From assembly GCA_963662795.1 (NCBI GenBank), contig OY759746.1, positions 2,400,001-2,464,000 of the forward strand: a stretch of 64,000 nucleotides of DNA, written 5' to 3'. Positions 21,652 through 30,968 of this stretch are shown piece by piece. How positions within the stretch are numbered: the stretch's first letter is position 1; every line of letters begins with the position of its first letter. The notes under the pieces are model-generated. The model saw nothing but the letters and a program-made list of their open reading frames with translations, had not been told where the DNA came from and ran no database searches. The position numbers were made by a program, and so were the translations under genes. Source of the DNA: Spirochaetia bacterium. GTDB taxonomy: Bacteria > Spirochaetota > Spirochaetia > CADAEX01.

Positions 21652-22314
21652 GTGAATGATAAGATTCAGGAGAAGGGAAAGGGGAAGCAGCAGGAAAATA
21701 CTGATGAGAAGAAAGAAGATATCAAAAAAGATGATTTAAAACAGGAGCAGCAGGGTTCCACTGATAAAAATCAGGAATACCTTAAAATCATTGATGATCT
21801 TCAGGAAAAACTTAAAAAATCTGAAGAAGAGACAGCGCTTCTAAAAGATAGTCTTCTCAGGAAACAGGCTGATTTTGATAATTTCAGAAAGAGAATGATA
21901 CGGGAAAAAGAGGATACCGTTAAATTCGCCAATACAAATCTTCTGATTGACCTGATTAATATTATTGATGATTTTGAAAGGGCAATAAATTCTGCACAGG
22001 ATTCGAAGGATTTTGATAAATTTCATGAGGGGATAGCACTTATAGAAAAACGATTTGCATCCATGCTGGAGGGAAAGTGGAACCTTGTAAGGTTTGACAG
22101 TTCAAATGCTAAATTTGATCCGGAAATGCATGAAGCTGTTATGGTGGAAAAAAAATCAGGTTTAAATGAACCTGTTGTGGCCGAAGTGTTTCAAAATGGC
22201 TATATTTTAAACAGCAGGGTAATTAGAAACGCAAAGGTGAAAGTATTTATGCCTGAAGAAGAGCAGCCGGTTAATGAACTTGCCGAAGATACTTCAGGAG
22301 ATGCAGCAGAATGA
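21652..22314 (+). CDS. grpE: Nucleotide exchange factor GrpE
   Basis: ADFDNFRKR, FDPEMHEAV, GYILNSRVIRNAKVKV. Confidence 0.96.
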   Translation: MNDKIQEKGKGKQQENTDEKKEDIKKDDLKQEQQGSTDKNQEYLKIIDDLQEKLKKSEEETALLKDSLLRKQADFDNFRKRMIREKEDTVKFANTNLLIDLINIIDDFERAINSAQDSKDFDKFHEGIALIEKRFASMLEGKWNLVRFDSSNAKFDPEMHEAVMVEKKSGLNEPVVAEVFQNGYILNSRVIRNAKVKVFMPEEEQPVNELAEDTSGDAAE

Positions 22315-22406
22315 AGCTGCCTGATGATGAGTACCTGACGATCGGGGAAAAACATATTATTGTGAGTTAAATATTTATTTGGGTAAAAGATATTAGGAGA
22401 AAAATT

Positions 22407-24362
22407 ATGGGAAAAGTAATCGGCATTGACCTTGGTACAACCAACTCTTGTGTGGCAGTAATGGAAGGGGGAGAACCTGTTGTTATCCAGAATTCAGAAG
22501 GACAGAGGACAACACCTTCAATAGTTGCCTTTACAGATAAAGGTGAAAGACTTGTCGGGCAGCCTGCAAAAAACCAGATTATTACAAATCCGGAAAATAC
22601 TGTTTATTCCATCAAGAGATTTATGGGAAACAAATTTTCCGAAGTAAAGCAGGAACTTAATCTGGTGCCCTATAACATGGAAGAAACATCCAATCATGAC
22701 ATACGGGTAAATGTAAGAGGCAAGCATTATTCGCCTCCGGAGATATCTGCTGCGGTACTGCAGAAAATGAAAAAGACTGCAGAAGACTATCTTGGAGAAC
22801 CTGTTACAGAAGCTGTAATAACAGTTCCCGCGTATTTCAATGATTCGCAGAGACAGGCTACCAAAGACGCAGGAAAGATTGCGGGGCTTGACGTAAAAAG
22901 AATTGTTAATGAACCAACAGCCGCATCTCTTGCCTACGGTTTTGGAAAAGATAAAAAAGATGAAAAAATAGCTGTATTTGACCTTGGCGGCGGTACATTT
23001 GATATTTCCATTCTTGAACTCGGCGACGGCGTATTTGAAGTAAAATCAACAAATGGAGATACGCACCTCGGAGGGGACAACTTCGACCAGAGGATAATAT
23101 CGTGGCTGATTGATACATTTAAAAAAGATACGGGAATAGATCTTTCCAAAGACAAAATGGCGCTTCAGAGGCTTAAGGAAGCGGCAGAGAAAGCGAAGAT
23201 TGAACTTTCAAGCACTCAATCAACAGATATAAACCTTCCATTTGTTACTGCGGATGCAAACGGTCCAAAACACCTTCTTTATAATCTCTCGAGGTCAAAA
23301 TTTGAACAGATGATTGAGGATCTTCTTCAGAGTACCAAAAACCCGTGTGCTAAAGCATTGAAAGATGCGGGGCTGACAGCTTCTGATATTGATGAAGTAA
23401 TTCTTGTAGGAGGATCGACAAGAATTCCTGCAGTGCAGGCGATTGTCAAGGAAGTATTTAAAAAGGAACCTAACAAAAGTGTAAACCCTGATGAAGTTGT
23501 TGCAATGGGTGCGGCAATACAGGGCGGTATTTTAGGCGGTGATGTAAAGGATGTTCTTCTTCTTGATGTTACTCCTCTTTCGCTTGGAATTGAGACACTC
23601 GGCGGTGTTTTTACAAAACTCATAGAGAGAAACACAACAATTCCTACCAGAAAGAGTCAGGTTTTCTCTACTGCAGCAGACAGCCAGACCGCGGTATCAA
23701 TTCATGTCCTTCAGGGAGAACGGGAAATGGCTTCCCAGAACAGGACACTGGGAAAATTTGACCTTGTAGGTATTCCGCCTGCTCCAAGAGGCATTCCTCA
23801 GATTGAGGTTGCTTTTGATATTGACGCAAACGGTATAGTTCATGTTTCGGCAAAGGACCTTGCAACAGGCAAGGAACAGAAGATAAGGATTGAATCATCT
23901 TCAGGCTTAAGCGAAGCAGAAATAAAGAAAATGGTAGATGATGCAGCAGCTCATGCAGAGGAAGACAGAAAAGAGAAGGAAAAGATTGAAGTTAAGAACG
24001 AGGCTGATGCCCTGATCTATACAACAGAAAAATCCCTCAAGGAATACGGCGACAAGATATCTACAGAGGATAAGGGTAAAGCCGAAGCTGCCTTGAATGA
24101 CCTTAAAGCAGCGGTTGGAACATCAGATATCGAAGAAATTAAAAAGAAGATAGAAGGTCTTAAAACAGCTTCATATAAACTTGCGGAAGAGATGTATAAA
24201 AACGCTTCCCAGGGGGCTCCCGGAGCACAGGAGGCACCACAGGGCAATTCCGCAGCTGAAGACGGCACCAGCGGCGAAGGCGGCAAAGATAAGGGAACTT
24301 CAGGTCCAAATTCAAATGTAGAAGATGTTGATTACGAAGTTGTTGATGATGATAAAAAATAA
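22407..24362 (+). CDS. dnaK: Chaperone DnaK
   Basis: [26 protein letters not shown] Hsp70 signatures. Confidence 0.99.
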   Translation: MGKVIGIDLGTTNSCVAVMEGGEPVVIQNSEGQRTTPSIVAFTDKGERLVGQPAKNQIITNPENTVYSIKRFMGNKFSEVKQELNLVPYNMEETSNHDIRVNVRGKHYSPPEISAAVLQKMKKTAEDYLGEPVTEAVITVPAYFNDSQRQATKDAGKIAGLDVKRIVNEPTAASLAYGFGKDKKDEKIAVFDLGGGTFDISILELGDGVFEVKSTNGDTHLGGDNFDQRIISWLIDTFKKDTGIDLSKDKMALQRLKEAAEKAKIELSSTQSTDINLPFVTADANGPKHLLYNLSRSKFEQMIEDLLQSTKNPCAKALKDAGLTASDIDEVILVGGSTRIPAVQAIVKEVFKKEPNKSVNPDEVVAMGAAIQGGILGGDVKDVLLLDVTPLSLGIETLGGVFTKLIERNTTIPTRKSQVFSTAADSQTAVSIHVLQGEREMASQNRTLGKFDLVGIPPAPRGIPQIEVAFDIDANGIVHVSAKDLATGKEQKIRIESSSGLSEAEIKKMVDDAAAHAEEDRKEKEKIEVKNEADALIYTTEKSLKEYGDKISTEDKGKAEAALNDLKAAVGTSDIEEIKKKIEGLKTASYKLAEEMYKNASQGAPGAQEAPQGNSAAEDGTSGEGGKDKGTSGPNSNVEDVDYEVVDDDKK

Positions 24363-24396
24363 ATCCTTAACCATTCAGGAAAGTGAGACATAAACA

Positions 24397-25527
24397 TTGG
24401 CTAAAAAGGATTATTACGAAGTCCTTGGCGTTCCGAAAGGGGCGACCAGGGATGAAATTAAAAAAGCATACAGAAAACTGGCGATAATGTTTCATCCCGA
24501 TAAAAATGCGGGAAACAAGGAAGCTGAAGAGAAATTCAAGGAAGCAACAGAAGCCTACGAAGTTTTAAGCGATGATACAAAAAGGCAAGCCTACGACCAG
24601 TTTGGTTTTGCAGGTGTTGATGGTATGGGCGCGGGAGCCCATGACTATTCAACAGTTTTCAGGGATTTTGAAGATATCTTTGGAGATTTTTCAGGGATAT
24701 TTGATTCTTTTTTCGGCGGTCAGGGTTCCCGTTCAAGACGCGGGTCTCAAGGGGCTTCCCATCAGAGAGGCTCTGACCTGAGATATAATCTTGATATATC
24801 TTTTAAAGACGCTGTATTCGGCACAAAGGTTGAGATTGCATATAATAAAAATCACAGCTGCTCAACCTGCGGAGGGTCAGGCGCAGCATCAGGTACAGGC
24901 AAAAAAACATGCAGTACCTGCGGAGGAACCGGCCAGGTAAGAAGGAATTCCGGTTTTTTCTCAATAGCCTCCCCCTGTCCGACCTGCCGCGGGGAAGGCT
25001 TTATTCTTGAAAATCCCTGCACATCCTGTGCAGGTACAGGCGTTAACAGAAAAAAGCAGAAGATAAAGGTTACTATCCCTGCAGGAATTGAAACAGGTAA
25101 ACGGATAAGTATTCCCTCTCAGGGCGATACTGGTCCCAATGGAGGGGAACCGGGCGACCTTTATGTTTTCATAAATGTGCGTCCGCATGAATACTTTGAA
25201 AGAAATGGGGAGGACCTTTACTGTCTTATTCCGATTTCCTTTACCCAGGCAGCGCTTGGTGCTGAGATTCATGTTAAAACGCTTGATGAAAAAAAGGTGA
25301 GGATGAAAATCCCTTCCGGGACACAGAACGGCAAGGTTCTCAGATTAAGGGGAGAAGGTGTTCCTTTTCTCCATAATTCTTCGAAGAGAGGGGATCTTTA
25401 CGTAAAGATACAGGTGCTTGTTCCTGAACGCCTTTCCTCAAAGCAGAAAAAGCTTCTGGAAGAACTATCTGCAATTTCAGACGAGACTGAAAACCCTACA
25501 CCGGTAAAGCTCTCTTCGATAAATTAA
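24397..25527 (+). CDS. dnaJ: Chaperone DnaJ (TTG start)
   Basis: J domain HPD, G/F region, four CxxCxGxG repeats. Confidence 0.98.
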   Translation: MAKKDYYEVLGVPKGATRDEIKKAYRKLAIMFHPDKNAGNKEAEEKFKEATEAYEVLSDDTKRQAYDQFGFAGVDGMGAGAHDYSTVFRDFEDIFGDFSGIFDSFFGGQGSRSRRGSQGASHQRGSDLRYNLDISFKDAVFGTKVEIAYNKNHSCSTCGGSGAASGTGKKTCSTCGGTGQVRRNSGFFSIASPCPTCRGEGFILENPCTSCAGTGVNRKKQKIKVTIPAGIETGKRISIPSQGDTGPNGGEPGDLYVFINVRPHEYFERNGEDLYCLIPISFTQAALGAEIHVKTLDEKKVRMKIPSGTQNGKVLRLRGEGVPFLHNSSKRGDLYVKIQVLVPERLSSKQKKLLEELSAISDETENPTPVKLSSIN

Positions 25528-25580
25528 ATTTTAATGGTTACTTTATGCATGATACCGGTAAAACAGATAACTTTATATAT

Positions 25581-26580
25581 TTATCCAGCAGTCCTGCATA
25601 GACGTATACCATGCGCATAATCGCTATTTCCTGGTGAAGTCAGTATGTAAATCCTGTAAAATATACATCCACTGCATCTCATCGTTAGCCCAGCTCCCGC
25701 CTCGCTGACCGCGGTTGGGGGCATTTACTATATCCCAGCACCACTCCCAAATATTGCCGCATATATCATAGCAACCCAGGGCATTAGGTAGTTTAGATTT
25801 TACTTCCGCCGTGGAGCTTGTATTATAGACCATATAATCATCCGGATTGGAACCTGTGGTATCACCGCTGATATGCGTTCCGCTGTTCCATATTGTTTCG
25901 TCAATATATCTGGCTGCACATGCCCATTCATCCAGAGTAGGCAGCCTGAACCCGCTGTTGGTTCTTATCTCTGTGACAGCATTGCAATTTGAACCATTTG
26001 CTGAACTGCTGTCCCTTATTGGATCTCCCGCGCTGCATCCGGCTTTAACATTACCGCTTGTGTATACATATACACAGTTTAAATCCGTATCGGTTCCATT
26101 ATGTTCGTTGTAATATTCGGTCAGCGCATTGCAGAATACCATCGACTCCCACCAGTTTACTGTTGTAACCGGATGCTTTATTGTTCCGACAGCCCCGCCG
26201 GCATAATCACCACCCTGTCTGCCAGTGTGTTCAAAAATATAAGTACCAGCAATCTCTTCTCCGCTTATGGCTGCATCATGGTCTGTATCTCCGGTAGCCC
26301 AGACATATACTGAATCCCATATTTCAAATGTTAGTTCTGTTTCGCCTAGCCAGTAGGAATTTTCCACAGTGGCAAAGACTGTATCATCTGATCCGGTCGG
26401 GAAGCTCATTCCTCCCGGAACGGAAATCATCCTGAAAGTTGCATTGTCAATCGTGAAAGTTCCATAATTATCATCTTTGCTGCCGTCAGTTCCCCCATCT
26501 TCTGCTGCATTTGAACAGCCTGAAAACATTATAACTATTGTAATGGCGATAATTGCTGTAAATTTAAAGTGTATATGCAT
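25581..26580 (-). pseudogene. FGE-sulfatase (SUMF1/CLec-fold) lipoprotein with a frameshift in its last ~30 codons
   Basis: Lipobox FSG-C; HPVTTVNW, GFRLPTLDEW, PNALGCYDICGNIWEWCWD, RGGSW; the terminal motif GIRLCRT lies in another frame ending at TAA 25581. Confidence 0.8.
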
Positions 26581-26756
26581 ATTCATTCTCCTTTAATGAA
26601 AAAGAGTTTTTCAATGAATTATCAAACACTTGGATGAAAGACTGGAAGGATAAAATTCATTTTCAGATATTTGCGAATTTTAACATCCGTTATTGGTTTT
26701 GTAAAGAATAATTAGATAGTGCGATTTAATAATTACCTTATATAGCATAAAAATAA

Positions 26757-26791
26757 AAAAAGCTGTATCATTTTGTCTGATACAGCTTTTT
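26757..26791 (-). terminator. Intrinsic terminator after lemA
   Basis: AAAAAGCTGTATCA-N7-TGATACAGCTTTTT inverted repeat with T tracts on both strands. Confidence 0.85.
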
Positions 26792-26813
26792 ACGTATTTA
26801 TCAGAACAAAGTT

Positions 26814-27395
26814 CTAACTGCCGAAATTTACCTTAGGCGCTTCTTTAGCAGCCTCGGATACTTCAAAATACGGCTTTTTCTCAAGTCCCATATTTCCTGC
26901 TATAATTGATGATGGAAACATTCTTATTTTAGCGTTAAATATTTTAACCCCGTCGTTATATCTTTTCCTTGCGACAGCCAGCCGGTTCTCTGTCCCTGCA
27001 AGCTCATCCTGGAGCCTGATGAAATTCTGGTCTGATTTAAGCTGGGGATAGTTTTCAACAACAACAAGCAGTCTTGATAAGGCGCTTTCCATCTGGTTTG
27101 CCCCTTCGGCTTTTTCAGAAACAGAAGTAGCTCCTGCAAGTTTGGCCCTTGCGTTTGCTATGTTTGTAAATACTTCTTTTTCCTGAGAGGCAAAACCCTT
27201 GACTGTTGAGACTATGTTGGGGATAAGATCACTTCTCCTCTGAAGCTGATTGTCAACTTCTGCCCAGGAGGCGTCAATGTTCTCTTCAAGATACACAAGC
27301 TGGTTTCTTGCGTTGATATACCATGAAAAAAGCGATCCTGCTATCAGTATCAGCACTAGTACAGGTACAGCAATATAAAGTAATTTCTTATTCAT
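26814..27395 (-). CDS. lemA: LemA family protein
   Basis: N-terminal TM, QLQRRSDLIPN, VVENYPQLKSDQNF, ENRLAVARKRYN. Confidence 0.95.
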   Translation of the reverse strand: MNKKLLYIAVPVLVLILIAGSLFSWYINARNQLVYLEENIDASWAEVDNQLQRRSDLIPNIVSTVKGFASQEKEVFTNIANARAKLAGATSVSEKAEGANQMESALSRLLVVVENYPQLKSDQNFIRLQDELAGTENRLAVARKRYNDGVKIFNAKIRMFPSSIIAGNMGLEKKPYFEVSEAAKEAPKVNFGS

Positions 27396-27486
27396 TTTTA
27401 TCTATCTTCTCCTTGATTTTATAATTGTTGTTTCCCCTGCTGTATTCTGACGTTCAGCAGAAGGAAAAACATATTACTGCATAAAA

Positions 27487-28281
27487 TTAAAAGCCTCTCG
27501 ATGCGCCTCCGCCTCCGAAGCCTCCGCCGCCGAAACCGCCGGAAAATCCTCCTCCGCCGGAAAACCCGCCGCCCCTTCCGAAGCTGCTGCCGAAGCCGCC
27601 TCCGTAGCCTCTTCTTCCCGACATTGCTGAAAGAAATAACAGCGGCCAGAATATTCTGCCGCCGCTTATAAACAGCACAAAAAGTACAAATATAATAGAC
27701 AAGCCGCCGCCGCTGCTGCCTGAGCTGTTTCTTCCTGTCTGCATGGATTGAATCGATTCCCTGTAGCTGCTCCCTTCAATTTCAATATTATATTCTTTTG
27801 CAACAAGCGAAGCTACAGCGATAAAGCCGGTTTTAAGGCCGCTGCTGTAATCATTATTGCGAAGGTACGGAATCATATAGTCATCCATTATGGAACCTGC
27901 AAGGCCGTCCGGGATTGCCCCTTCAAGGCCATAGCCCACTTCAATCCTCAGTTTTCTCTCTCCGGTGCTTACAGCGATAAGTATGCCGTTGTCCTTTCCC
28001 TTTTCCCCGATTCCCCATTCAGATGCTGTTTCAAGTGCAAATTCCTCAATAGAACCGTAAGGCTCTATAGTTTTAACTGTCAAGACCGCGATTTCAGCGC
28101 CTGTTTTATCCCTGATTTCTGCTGCCGCGGCCTCAATCATCTCTTTGTCGCTGCTGTTTATTACACCTGCGAGGTCTGTTACAAATCCGCGGCTTTTGGG
28201 GATCTCTGCTGATATATATGCCGGCAGGGCTAAAATCAGCAGCATCAGAAATACCTTTATTTTGTTTCCGGATGTTTTCAT
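27487..28281 (-). CDS. TPM domain protein with Gly-rich tail
   Basis: VTDLAGV, WGIGEKGKDNGILI, RIEVGYGLEG; GGGFSGG tail. Confidence 0.93.
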   Translation of the reverse strand: MKTSGNKIKVFLMLLILALPAYISAEIPKSRGFVTDLAGVINSSDKEMIEAAAAEIRDKTGAEIAVLTVKTIEPYGSIEEFALETASEWGIGEKGKDNGILIAVSTGERKLRIEVGYGLEGAIPDGLAGSIMDDYMIPYLRNNDYSSGLKTGFIAVASLVAKEYNIEIEGSSYRESIQSMQTGRNSSGSSGGGLSIIFVLFVLFISGGRIFWPLLFLSAMSGRRGYGGGFGSSFGRGGGFSGGGGFSGGFGGGGFGGGGASRGF

Positions 28282-28283
28282 CT

Positions 28284-28997
28284 TTAATTATCCATTGAAT
28301 CTATCACTGATGTTATTTTATCAATGCTCTCAAGTAAAACTGCTGCCAGTCCGAAGATATCTTTTTCTCTGTCCTTTCCGGTTAACTTAAGACATCCGGA
28401 TAAATCAGCTCCAAAGACTTTTTCCGCTTCAGAAAAAATCATTTCTCCCTGTATAACTCCTGCATTGATGCCTTTGAGACGAAGCGCCGCACGCAGTATT
28501 GTTTTTACGGCAACAGGTATAAACCTCATGTTTGCCCTTAAGGTTATGCTGCTCCCGCCGCTGTTTATTATTGACTGTTTTATCTGATTGGAAAGCCCTC
28601 TAAGCCTCTCCTCCAGCTGATGCCGTATGTTGGTACGGGTTATTGCCAGTTTTTCAACAATATCATCACCATAAACAGTTTTATGGCGATCTGCGATATC
28701 GTGGTATTCCATCGGGAAAACATCGGCAGAGTTGATAAAATCATCAACAGAAAGGACAAGTGTCGTAATTCTGTATTTTTTGATTATTTGCTTCCCTTTT
28801 TTCCCGAATTCTATCAGAGAATTATAATTATTCTGTTCAGGAAGGATCAGCAGATTGATATCTGAATATTTACTGCTGAAGGAATCAGTTGCTGCGCTGC
28901 CGTATAAAATTACAGATTTAAGGTTATTTTTAAAACATTCTTTTATTACCGGCAGAACCCTCTCCTGCACTTCTTTTTGGGGATTATTGATTGTCAT
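28284..28997 (-). CDS. Pol-beta-type nucleotidyltransferase domain protein
   Basis: ILYGSAA...SDINLLIL motif, DVFPMEY; co-oriented 2 nt from the TPM gene. Confidence 0.8.
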   Translation of the reverse strand: MTINNPQKEVQERVLPVIKECFKNNLKSVILYGSAATDSFSSKYSDINLLILPEQNNYNSLIEFGKKGKQIIKKYRITTLVLSVDDFINSADVFPMEYHDIADRHKTVYGDDIVEKLAITRTNIRHQLEERLRGLSNQIKQSIINSGGSSITLRANMRFIPVAVKTILRAALRLKGINAGVIQGEMIFSEAEKVFGADLSGCLKLTGKDREKDIFGLAAVLLESIDKITSVIDSMDN

Positions 28998-29064
28998 TGT
29001 CTCTCCTGCATAATTGTGTTATTTAACAGCCAGTCGGAATCCATGTTCCCTTTCACATCCTTCT

Positions 29065-29103
29065 GACATATAAAAAGATAATATGTCTGCCCGTTTATGA
29101 CAA
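29065..29103 (-). promoter_or_regulatory. Promoter of the NTase-TPM-lemA operon overlapped by an inverted repeat
   Basis: Minus strand TTGTCA-N17-TATCTT; GACATAT-N9-ATATGTC (29065-29087) surrounds the -10 box. Confidence 0.5.
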
Positions 29104-29152
29104 TGTTTTTAGGTGAGTCTTTTTTCCCGGCGTATGTACGTCAGCAATCGGG

Positions 29153-29779
29153 TTACTTTTTTCTGGCCTTTATCTTTGCAGGGCTTAATTTCTTATACAT
29201 GTTTCTCAGCGCTTTTTCATTAATAAGCATCAGCTTGTGAAGCGCTGTTTTGTTTTTCTTCTTGCCTTCAATATCCAGTATTTTGACAGCGAGGTTATAT
29301 AGCCTTCTTACGCCCTGAACTGCAGGTATTGAACATTTAAAGTGCTCGGCAAGTTCAAAGTCTGCCTTGCCGCTGTTAAGCTCAAGAAATTCAAGCAGTT
29401 CCTCTTTGCCCCATTTCTTGTGCTTACCCTTACTGAAGTCAAATTTCTCCATTCTTGACTTTGTTCTTTCTGACGCGCCCTTCATCTTGATTTTTTTCCA
29501 GTAGGGGTGTCTGTTTCTTGCATAGTTAATGTCTTCAATTTTTAAACCTGTTTTTGCAAGCCAGAGTCGCGTAACAATCCTTTTTTCAGCAGGAGTTAGT
29601 GAACTTTTAACTGAAAAATCTACATAAGCGTCTGCTGTTTTTTTCTGAAGAAGCTTTTTCATCTCTTCAGTGAGAATCCTTTGGGGTGGTTCCTTTACCG
29701 GTTTTGCAGCTTTTTCAGCCTTTACAGGTTTTTTATTTTTTATAACTTCTTTTTTAACCGCAGTTTTCTTCTTTGCCAT
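29153..29779 (-). CDS. Lys-rich basic protein with a putative HTH
   Basis: K/A/P-rich termini; central KWGKEELLEF...DFELAEHFKCSIPAVQGVRR. Confidence 0.8.
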   Translation of the reverse strand: MAKKKTAVKKEVIKNKKPVKAEKAAKPVKEPPQRILTEEMKKLLQKKTADAYVDFSVKSSLTPAEKRIVTRLWLAKTGLKIEDINYARNRHPYWKKIKMKGASERTKSRMEKFDFSKGKHKKWGKEELLEFLELNSGKADFELAEHFKCSIPAVQGVRRLYNLAVKILDIEGKKKNKTALHKLMLINEKALRNMYKKLSPAKIKARKK

Positions 29780-29976
29780 GGCTTCCACCTATATCCTTTA
29801 TAATTTCAAATATAATCAAAAAAAATGTATATATATAATATATAACATAGTTCATTGTAAAATCAAATAAAAGTAAAATATTATCAAACTGATTATATAT
29901 AGATATTGACAAATAAAACAAAAAAGATTATTTAAGTATTATAACTGTATTTTATGGAGATATTACAAAGTAAATT

Positions 29977-30039
29977 ATGATTGTAAAAAAATGCGTTAAT
30001 TTTTATTATTTTTATACGCCTCTTTATAACAAAACCTGA
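29977..30039 (+). CDS. Phe/Tyr-rich leader peptide of the aro operon (MIVKKCVNFYYFYTPLYNKT)
   Basis: Hand translation; TTT TAT TAT TTT TAT at 30001-30015 directly before the antiterminator and terminator. Confidence 0.85.
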   Translation: MIVKKCVNFYYFYTPLYNKT

Positions 30040-30092
30040 ATGACACAGGTCTATATACAGAGCCGTGATCACAGGATCACGGCTTTTTTTTT
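30016..30092 (+). terminator. Attenuator: antiterminator 30016-30066 overlapping terminator 30061-30092
   Basis: Perfect 10-bp stem AGCCGTGATC-ACAG-GATCACGGCT + T8; competing 11/13-bp helix 30016-30028 with 30054-30066. Confidence 0.85.
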
Positions 30093-30131
30093 CCTTTTGC
30101 AATTGTAATCAGGAATCTTAGGAGATGACCA

Positions 30132-30953
30132 ATGAAAGATTTGAAACTGGCGTCAATTGACGCAAAAAAAGAAAGGACAACAATAAAAATAGGCAATGTT
30201 ACAGTCGGCCGTGATTTTGTTGTCATTGCCGGGCCCTGCAGCGTTGAAACGGAAGAACAGACAATAAAAACAGCCATAGCGGTAAAAGAGGCCGGAGGAG
30301 ACATGCTGAGGGGCGGGGCTTTCAAGCCAAGGACGTCCCCTTACGCTTTTCAGGGACTTGGAATGAAAGGATTAAAAATCCTGGATAAGGCTAAAAGAGA
30401 GACAGGGCTGCCGATTGTTACAGAAGTAGTTGATGCGCGGGATGTTTCATGGGTATGTGAATATGCTGATATTATCCAGATCGGTGCAAGAAATATGCAG
30501 AATTTTTCACTTCTCAAGGAAGCAGGAAGGGTAAAAAAACCGGTGCTTCTGAAAAGAGGGATGTACTCCACCCTTTCCGAATGGCTTAACTGCGCGGAAT
30601 ATATCCTTGCAGAGGGGAACCCTGATGTTATTCTTTGTGAAAGAGGGATAAGGACTTTTGAGACTTACACACGTAATACGCTCGATCTCAGCATAGTGCC
30701 GTCTTCGAAAGAGGTAACGCATCTGCCTATTATGGCAGACCCGTCCCATGGTACAGGTAAACTTAGTCTTATCGGCCCGATGTCATTTGCCGCAGTTGCA
30801 TCAGGGGCGGACGGTATTCTTCTGGAAGTTCACATTGATCCTTCAAAAGCTTTGAGCGATGCCTCACAGCAGCTCACCCCCGCAGCCTTTAAAACTCTTA
30901 TCCGGAAAATAAGGCTGCTCAAAGAAAGCTATGACAGCATAGTTAACAGTTAA
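30132..30953 (+). CDS. aroF: DAHP synthase, type I-beta, without N-terminal regulatory domain
   Basis: [36 protein letters not shown]; 273 aa. Confidence 0.95.
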   Translation: MKDLKLASIDAKKERTTIKIGNVTVGRDFVVIAGPCSVETEEQTIKTAIAVKEAGGDMLRGGAFKPRTSPYAFQGLGMKGLKILDKAKRETGLPIVTEVVDARDVSWVCEYADIIQIGARNMQNFSLLKEAGRVKKPVLLKRGMYSTLSEWLNCAEYILAEGNPDVILCERGIRTFETYTRNTLDLSIVPSSKEVTHLPIMADPSHGTGKLSLIGPMSFAAVASGADGILLEVHIDPSKALSDASQQLTPAAFKTLIRKIRLLKESYDSIVNS

Positions 30954-30968
30954 ACGGCAGGAATTGAC

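Noticed and set aside
22293-22352. Hammerhead-like pattern between grpE and dnaK (GCAGC/GCTGC stem, CTGATGA, hairpin, GAAA)
   Set aside because: No UH cleavage triplet before stem I, stem II does not follow CUGAUGA directly, and stem III cannot form
22311-22370. 19-aa ORF MKLPDDEYLTIGEKHIIVS overlapping the grpE stop
   Set aside because: No recognisable motif; short ORFs arise easily from an ATGA at a stop codon
27487-27625. GC-rich CCGCCG low-complexity tract
   Set aside because: Encodes the ordinary Gly-rich tail of TPM proteins
29900-30131. T-box riboswitch upstream of aroF
   Set aside because: No GGTGGNACC T-box motif and leader too short; leader-peptide model fits better
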